The position numbers and the translations under genes are program-made. Positions 18,947 to 24,000 of a stretch of 24,000 bases of DNA are shown one piece after another; positions within the stretch are counted from its first letter, which is position 1, and each line of letters starts with the position of its first letter. Below the pieces are notes generated by a model. The model did not search any database and was not told where the DNA came from. It worked only from the letters and a program-made list of their open reading frames with translations. Origin of the DNA: Bacteroidia bacterium (GTDB lineage Bacteria; Bacteroidota; Bacteroidia; J057); assembly GCA_033765305.1 (NCBI GenBank), contig JANRID010000011.1, forward strand, positions 1 through 24,000, written 5' to 3'.

Positions 18947-19012
18947 GGCATGCGGCGGCCGGGCATCCGGCACCGGGAAAATCCTGCTTGGCACCGTATT
19001 CAACCCCTGCAT

Positions 19013-19417
19013 ATGGCTTCGATTTTCACCCGGATTGTACAAGGCGAAATCCCCTGCTACAAGGTAGCGGAAACGGAGGATTTCCTCGCGTTTCTGGACA
19101 TCCGTCCGATGGCCAAGGGCCATACCCTCGCCATTCCCAAACGGGAGGTCGACTATCTCTTCGATCTGCCCGACGACCTGTATGTCGGCCTGCAGGTATT
19201 TGCGCGGGAAGTGGCCCGCGGGCTGCGCAAGGCGGTGCCCTGTCTGCGGATCGGGACGGCCGTCATCGGGCTGGAGGTGCCGCATGCGCACATCCATCTG
19301 ATTCCGCTCAATGCAATTTCAGACCTGAGCTTCAGCAAGCCGCCGCTGCAGATGACGCCGCAGGAGTTCGAAGCGCTGGCGCAGGAGATCCGGGAGGCCA
19401 TTGCATCGGAGGGCTGA
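19013..19417 (+). CDS. HIT-family (Hint-like) nucleotide hydrolase
   Basis: The histidine triad HAHIHLIP is present. The N-terminus MASIFTRIVQGEIPCYKV matches the family start. The longer ORF in the track (from ATG 18950) would add 21 non-family residues. Confidence 0.85.
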   Translation: MASIFTRIVQGEIPCYKVAETEDFLAFLDIRPMAKGHTLAIPKREVDYLFDLPDDLYVGLQVFAREVARGLRKAVPCLRIGTAVIGLEVPHAHIHLIPLNAISDLSFSKPPLQMTPQEFEALAQEIREAIASEG

Positions 19418-19419
19418 GG

Positions 19420-20007
19420 CTACTCGTCGGATTCGGCCTGATTGCGTGCGACGACCCGGCCGGGGTTGTTGCGGATAAATGCGGCCCAGTCGCCGGATTT
19501 GCCCTGGGCAGCGGGCAGCTCGCCTTGGTAGGCATGGCACACGGCTACGGCGAGGGCATCGGTGGCGTCGAGGTATTTGGGCGTTTCCTCGAATTTCAGC
19601 AGGCGCTGGAGCATGCGGAAAACCTGCTCCTTGCTGGCGTTTCCATTGCCGGTGACCGCGGTTTTGACCTTTCGGGGCGCATATTCGGTGATGCCGAGGC
19701 CGCTGATCATGCCGGCTGCCATGGCGACCCCCTGGGCGCGGCCCAGCTTGAGCATGGACTGGGGGTTTTTGCCGTAAAAAGGCGCCTCGATCGCCATTTC
19801 ATCCGGGCGGAATTCCTCGATGAGTCCGGCAATGCGCTGGTAGATGCGCTTGAGTTTTTCGGGATGGCCGGTTTCGACGCGCCCCAGCTGGATCACACCG
19901 CAGGCGACCAGTTCGAGCCGGCGGCCGCTGCTGCGCACGAGGCCGTATCCGGTGACGGCGGTGCCGGGGTCGATGCCCAGAATCAGGCGGGAGGCAGGCT
20001 GTACCAT
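19420..20007 (-). CDS. ruvC: crossover junction endodeoxyribonuclease RuvC
   Basis: 195-aa ORF with ILGIDPGTAVTGYG (catalytic Asp), AIEAPFYGKNPQSMLKLGRAQG and DATDALAVAVCH. It is the only minus-strand gene right of 4.7 kb. Confidence 0.95.
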   Translation of the reverse strand: MVQPASRLILGIDPGTAVTGYGLVRSSGRRLELVACGVIQLGRVETGHPEKLKRIYQRIAGLIEEFRPDEMAIEAPFYGKNPQSMLKLGRAQGVAMAAGMISGLGITEYAPRKVKTAVTGNGNASKEQVFRMLQRLLKFEETPKYLDATDALAVAVCHAYQGELPAAQGKSGDWAAFIRNNPGRVVARNQAESDE

Positions 20008-20096
20008 GCAGGCAAGGTAGGCAAAATCCGGCTGGAATGTTAGGACGCCGGGCGGCTTCGTTTTGGATTGCGGCGCTTGTACGCTAGTTTGGCGCG

Positions 20097-21026
20097 ATGA
20101 TCCACAGCATACGACTTGGCGGGCTGCTGCGGCCTGTTCAGCGCCTGATGCCGGCGCTGCAGGTGCTGCTGACAGCAGCTGCGCTGGCCTATATCTGGCT
20201 GGCCCTGCGGCAGTACGGTCCGCAGGTGCAGGCGCTGGCGGCTGCGATGGCAGGGCGGCAATGGCTGCTGCTGGCAGCAGCAGCCGGGCTGATGCCGCTG
20301 AATCTCAGCCTGGAAGCCTGGAAGCTGCGGGTGCTGGGCAGTGCGGCTACCCTGCGTGAAGGCTGGCGGGCGGTGCTGGCAGGGATGTCGCTGGGCATCT
20401 TTACCCCCAACCGGGCCGGCGAATACGCCGGGCGGCTGATGTCGGCGGCGCCGGGCCGCCGGGCCGCCATGCTGGCCCATACCTGGATCGGGCGGATGGC
20501 TCAGATGCTGCCCACGCTGGCGGCCGGCGGGCTTGCCGGGCTGCTGCTGGCGCCGGACTGGCCCTTTCCGCTGCCGGCCGCCGTGCCGGGGCTGGCCATC
20601 GGGCTGGCAGCGGCAGGGGCGTTGCTGCTGGTGTTCGGCTGGAAATATGCGGCCCGCTGGCGCCCGCTGCGCGGCAGCCTGGACGGCGTAAGCGGATTTT
20701 CTGTCCGAATGGTTTTGATATTCAGTGCCTTGCGGTATGCTGTGTTTTCGATCCAGTATTTGCTCATCCTCTATGCCTTGGGGGCCGGGGGCGGAGCGGC
20801 ATTTCTGCTGTCGCTGACGGCGCTGCTTTTCTGGGTCAAATCGCTGATTCCCTTCATGTCGGTAGCGGAGCTGGGCATCCGGGAGTCGGTAGCGCTGTGG
20901 CTGCTGCCGCAGTTCGGCATCGGGCCGGCGGCAGCGCTGGGCAGCGCATTCCTGCTGTATCTGATCAACCTGGTCATTCCGGCGCTGATGGGGCTTCCGG
21001 AGCTGCTGCGGAGGCGGGCATGCTGA
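20097..21026 (+). CDS. flippase-like polytopic membrane protein (UPF0104 / lysyl-PG-synthase TM-domain family)
   Basis: 309-aa ORF with about eight TM helices. It has the two family-like P/G-x-x-x-E motifs (TPNRAGEYAGR and SVAELGIRESVALW). Confidence 0.6.
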   Translation: MIHSIRLGGLLRPVQRLMPALQVLLTAAALAYIWLALRQYGPQVQALAAAMAGRQWLLLAAAAGLMPLNLSLEAWKLRVLGSAATLREGWRAVLAGMSLGIFTPNRAGEYAGRLMSAAPGRRAAMLAHTWIGRMAQMLPTLAAGGLAGLLLAPDWPFPLPAAVPGLAIGLAAAGALLLVFGWKYAARWRPLRGSLDGVSGFSVRMVLIFSALRYAVFSIQYLLILYALGAGGGAAFLLSLTALLFWVKSLIPFMSVAELGIRESVALWLLPQFGIGPAAALGSAFLLYLINLVIPALMGLPELLRRRAC

Positions 21027-22153
21027 TGGAGCTGACGGCAGCGGTGCTGGCGGCCTGCGTGCTCTACTACGCCGGGTATGTCGTGCTGCGCGCCTGGGGG
21101 TTCGGCAGGCTGGTCTGCCATCCGCCGAGGGAGGTGCTGCTGCCCTCCGTCAGCGTCATCGTGCCGGCCCGCAACGAAGCGGAGCATCTGGCCGCCTGCC
21201 TGCACAGCCTGATGCAGCAATCCTATCCGGCGCATTTGTACGAGGTTCTGGTCGTCAACGACCAGTCCACCGATGCCACGCCGGGCATTGCGCGGGTATT
21301 TTCGGTACGGCATCCGGGACGGATCCGGGTGCTGGATCTTCCTGCCGGGCTGCCGGGGTCCAAGAAAGCGGCAGTCAGTGCGGGGGTATCGCAGGCTGCG
21401 GGGGCGATCATCCTGCAGACCGATGCGGACTGCATCGTGCCGCCGGGCTGGATTGCGTCGATGGCGGCACAGTTTCAGGGCCGGACGGTTCTGGTATCGG
21501 GGCCGGTGCTGGCTGCTGCGGGGCCGCACTGGATGGAGCAGCTGCAGAGCCTGGAGCTGATCGGACTCACGGCGCTGGGCGCAGGCTCCATCGCGCTGGG
21601 GCGCCCCAACCTGTGCAACGGGGCCAATCTGGCCTATCTGAAGTCGGTTTTCGAAGCTGTAGGCGGCTTCGAGGGGGTAGACCATTTTGCCTCCGGCGAC
21701 GACGAGCTGCTGCTGCAGAAGATTGTGCGCAGCCAGGCCGGGGCGGTCCGGTTTGCCCGCTGCCGGAGCGCCATTGTGCAGACCGCGGTGCAGCCGGGCT
21801 GGAAGCAGCTCAAAGCGCAGCGTATCCGCTGGGTCAGCAAGGCGCGGCATTACCTGCAGCGGGGGGTCAACCTGACCCAGGCGGTTTCGTACCTGGCTTT
21901 CTGGGCGTTTCCGGTGCTGGCGATCTTCAGCCTTGCCGACGCCCGGTACGGGGTGCTGCTGGCGGAGCTGCTGCTGCTGAAAGCCGCCGCCGATCTGCCG
22001 CTGATGTACCGGTCTGCGGCATTTTTTCATAAATTGCCCCTGCTCCGGATGCTGCCGCTGCTCGAACTCGTGTATATTCCGTATGTGATCTGGGTGGGAC
22101 TGGCGGGCAATCTGGCGCGGAGCTATGACTGGAAAGGGAGGATGGTGCAATGA
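21020..22153 (+). CDS. membrane-embedded family-2 glycosyltransferase (D, DxD, DD, QxxRW type; ceramide-glucosyltransferase/CesA-like)
   Basis: ATG 21020 overlaps the upstream stop by 7 nt. Motifs are VSVIVPARNE, VVNDQSTD, LQTDADCIV, ASGDDELL and AQRIRW. There is one N-terminal TM helix and several C-terminal ones. Confidence 0.8.
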   Translation: MLMELTAAVLAACVLYYAGYVVLRAWGFGRLVCHPPREVLLPSVSVIVPARNEAEHLAACLHSLMQQSYPAHLYEVLVVNDQSTDATPGIARVFSVRHPGRIRVLDLPAGLPGSKKAAVSAGVSQAAGAIILQTDADCIVPPGWIASMAAQFQGRTVLVSGPVLAAAGPHWMEQLQSLELIGLTALGAGSIALGRPNLCNGANLAYLKSVFEAVGGFEGVDHFASGDDELLLQKIVRSQAGAVRFARCRSAIVQTAVQPGWKQLKAQRIRWVSKARHYLQRGVNLTQAVSYLAFWAFPVLAIFSLADARYGVLLAELLLLKAAADLPLMYRSAAFFHKLPLLRMLPLLELVYIPYVIWVGLAGNLARSYDWKGRMVQ

Positions 22154-22425
22154 ATGATTCCGAACTCAACGATGTGCAGTTCCGCATCCTGGATGCGGTA
22201 TACTTTGTGGAGCCCTTCGAGCGGATCGCGGAAGAGGCCGGGGCGCCCCTGCCGGTGATGGTGGATGAGATGCGCTACCTGATCGACCGGGGCTGGATTC
22301 AGGTGATGCAGTTCGATCCGGAGCGCAATGACTATGTGCGGACGGGCATTTTCGATACGGATCATCTGGAGCAGTACCATTTTCTGGCTACGAAGGCAGG
22401 CCTGCTGAAACACAACGGCGGCTGA
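22150..22425 (+). CDS. 91-aa hypothetical protein, possibly winged-helix-like
   Basis: ATGA start/stop overlap with the GT2 gene. The composition is non-repetitive and acidic. The ending ...YHFLATKAGLLKHNG is reminiscent of a wHTH wing. I recognise no family. Confidence 0.5.
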   Translation: MNDSELNDVQFRILDAVYFVEPFERIAEEAGAPLPVMVDEMRYLIDRGWIQVMQFDPERNDYVRTGIFDTDHLEQYHFLATKAGLLKHNGG

Positions 22426-22454
22426 GCGGCCTGCGCCGCGCGTGAACCTGAGCG

Positions 22455-23567
22455 ATGAGCGATACCCAGACCCAAGGAGCGACGGCCTGGCGCCGGTTCC
22501 GCCGAAATCCGGCGGCACTGGCGGGTTTGGGGTTTGTGGTGCTGTGCACCTGGGCGGCAGTGTTCGGCTATGTGCTGGTGCCGGACGGGAGCCGCCATGC
22601 CAACCTGCAGGTGCTGGAGCTGGCCAAGCAGGAACCGGGGGCCCGGGGGGTTCTGCTGATGGTTCCGCTGCCGGGCGTGCCGGCGGTGCCGTGGTATGCG
22701 CGCTGGCTGCTGGGGGATGCGCAGCGGCATCAGCCGCTGCCGCTGGCGGGTGCTGCGGACCTGGCAGCCGATGCCGGGCAGGTATATTTCACGACGCTTT
22801 CGGGGCTGCGCGACAGCCTGCCGCTGTCAGATTTCGGCTATGAAGCCGGCGCTGCGCCGGCGGTGCAGGACTTTCGGGCTGCGCATGTGCGGGAGATGCG
22901 GTACTGGCTGGGCACCGACCTGTACGGGCGGGATTTGCTGAGCCGCATTGTGCTGGGGGCGCGGGTGTCGCTGGCTACCGGCCTGCTGTCGGTGCTCATC
23001 AGCCTGCTGCTGGGCATTGTACTGGGCGGCATTGCCGGCTATGCCGGCGGGCGGACCGATGCGCTGATTGTGTGGCTGATCTCCGTGATGTGGTCCATTC
23101 CCACGCTGCTGCTGGCCCTGGCACTGAGCTTTGTGCTGGGCAAAGGATTTTGGCAGCTTTTCGTAGCCATCGGCGTATCGATGTGGGTGGAGCCTGCGCG
23201 GCTGGTACGCGGCCAGATGCTTGCTGCGCGGGAGCTGCTCTATGTGGAAGCGGGCCGGGCGCTGGGATTTCCGGATGCGCGGCTGCTCTTCCGGCATATG
23301 CTGCCCAATCTGATCAATCCGGTGATTATCACGGCAGTAGCCAATTTTGGCACAGCGGTGCTGATCGAGTCCGGGCTGAGCTTTCTGGGGATCGGGGTGG
23401 AGCCGCCGGCGCCTTCCTGGGGCCGGATGGTGTACGAGGGGTATACCTACATCGTCTTCGAGCACGCCCGTGCGCTGGCCTTTTTTCCGGGGCTGGCTTT
23501 GCTGTTGCTGATCGTTTCTATTAACTTGGTCGGGATCGGCCTGCGTGATGCATTTGATGTGAGATAA
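22455..23567 (+). CDS. ABC transporter permease, OppC/DppC (BPD_transp_1) type, with a long loop after TM1
   Basis: 370-aa ORF with N-terminal WRRFRRNPAALAGLGFVVL, then YWLGTDLYGRDLLSRIVLGARVSL and the EAA-like loop YVEAGRALGFPDARLLFRHMLPN. No ATPase, partner permease or binding-protein gene is in the window. Confidence 0.85.
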   Translation: MSDTQTQGATAWRRFRRNPAALAGLGFVVLCTWAAVFGYVLVPDGSRHANLQVLELAKQEPGARGVLLMVPLPGVPAVPWYARWLLGDAQRHQPLPLAGAADLAADAGQVYFTTLSGLRDSLPLSDFGYEAGAAPAVQDFRAAHVREMRYWLGTDLYGRDLLSRIVLGARVSLATGLLSVLISLLLGIVLGGIAGYAGGRTDALIVWLISVMWSIPTLLLALALSFVLGKGFWQLFVAIGVSMWVEPARLVRGQMLAARELLYVEAGRALGFPDARLLFRHMLPNLINPVIITAVANFGTAVLIESGLSFLGIGVEPPAPSWGRMVYEGYTYIVFEHARALAFFPGLALLLLIVSINLVGIGLRDAFDVR

Positions 23568-24000
23568 TGGGCAACGCCTACCAGACGAACGACCCGCAGA
23601 AACTCCTGGAACTGAAGCGACTCGAAGCCGACGCGCTCCTCGATGTCGTGCGGACGATCAACCAGTCCGAGCTGAATATCCGCCAGCTCTGCCTGATTGC
23701 GCGCAATGTGCTGCGTGCCCAGATCGGGATCCGCCGGCTGGCCTTTTTCTTCGAATCGGAGGACATGTGGAAAGAGGGAATCCGGGTAGGGTTTCCGGTA
23801 TTTACGGAGGATGTATTTGCGGAGATCATCGAAATCCGCCAGACTACGCCGGTGGATGCGGCGCGTCATCCGGGCCTGCAGGCCATCGGGGCCGAGTTTG
23901 TCATCCCGATCACCAACCGGGGGCTGGTAGCGGCCTTTTTTGTGCTGGCAGAATTCGCCGATTCGGAGATCGAGCGGCAGAACGACCTGATCTTCATCGA
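23567..24000 (+). CDS. 5' part of a GAF-domain PP2C/SpoIIE-type phosphatase (partial, runs off right edge)
   Basis: ATG at 23567-23569 overlaps the permease TAA by 1 nt (TAATG). The frame is open to the window end. LLELKRLEADALLDVVRTINQSE...LRAQIGIRRLAFFF...FVIPI resembles the N-terminal GAF-like region of Bacteroidota SpoIIE-family phosphatases. This ORF is not in the supplied track because it has no stop. Confidence 0.5.
   Translation, partial: MGNAYQTNDPQKLLELKRLEADALLDVVRTINQSELNIRQLCLIARNVLRAQIGIRRLAFFFESEDMWKEGIRVGFPVFTEDVFAEIIEIRQTTPVDAARHPGLQAIGAEFVIPITNRGLVAAFFVLAEFADSEIERQNDLIFI

Noticed and set aside
18950-19012. Longer HIT start at ATG 18950 (155-aa version)
   Set aside because: The extra 21 residues (MRRPGIRHRENPAWHRIQPLH) are basic and do not resemble the family. 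HIT proteins normally begin a few residues before the first strand, which here is MASIFTRIV at 19013. The longer start cannot be fully excluded.
20098-20106. TGATCCACA, one mismatch from the DnaA box TTATCCACA
   Set aside because: It is a single copy inside the first codons of a CDS. No clustering and no adjacent AT-rich region are present.

Overview
High-GC (~60-65%) bacterial window. The gene content, a TAnnTTTG-type promoter box and starts without Shine-Dalgarno sequences point to Bacteroidota. The core is an 11-gene co-directional respiratory supercluster. It comprises alternative complex III (actABCDEF, 4886-13376), aa3-type cytochrome c oxidase subunits II and I (13457-16459), heme A synthase, heme O synthase and oxidase subunit III (16468-18946). 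The left flank holds the 3' end of a PP2C/SpoIIE phosphatase, a secreted metallophosphoesterase, an RmlD-like reductase, YceI, RmlC and a DUF1801 protein. The right flank holds a HIT hydrolase, ruvC, a translationally coupled flippase-like / GT2 / 91-aa trio, an orphan OppC/DppC-like permease and the 5' end of a GAF-PP2C phosphatase. I recognised no rRNA, tRNA, CRISPR array, transposase or defence system, so most of the window is housekeeping. Two compositional features are not explained by the gene list. (1) The synonymous-codon style switches abruptly at about 8.6-9.3 kb, from Pro CCC / Thr ACC / Ala GCC to Pro CCG / Thr ACG / Ala GCG. This splits the act operon between actB and actC while overall GC barely changes. 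(2) A ~320-bp segment of 37-46% GC is embedded in frame in the otherwise ~65% GC metallophosphoesterase gene. Each could be real mosaic recombination or HGT, or an assembly chimera; sequence alone cannot decide. All product calls rest on motif recognition by eye, with no database search.
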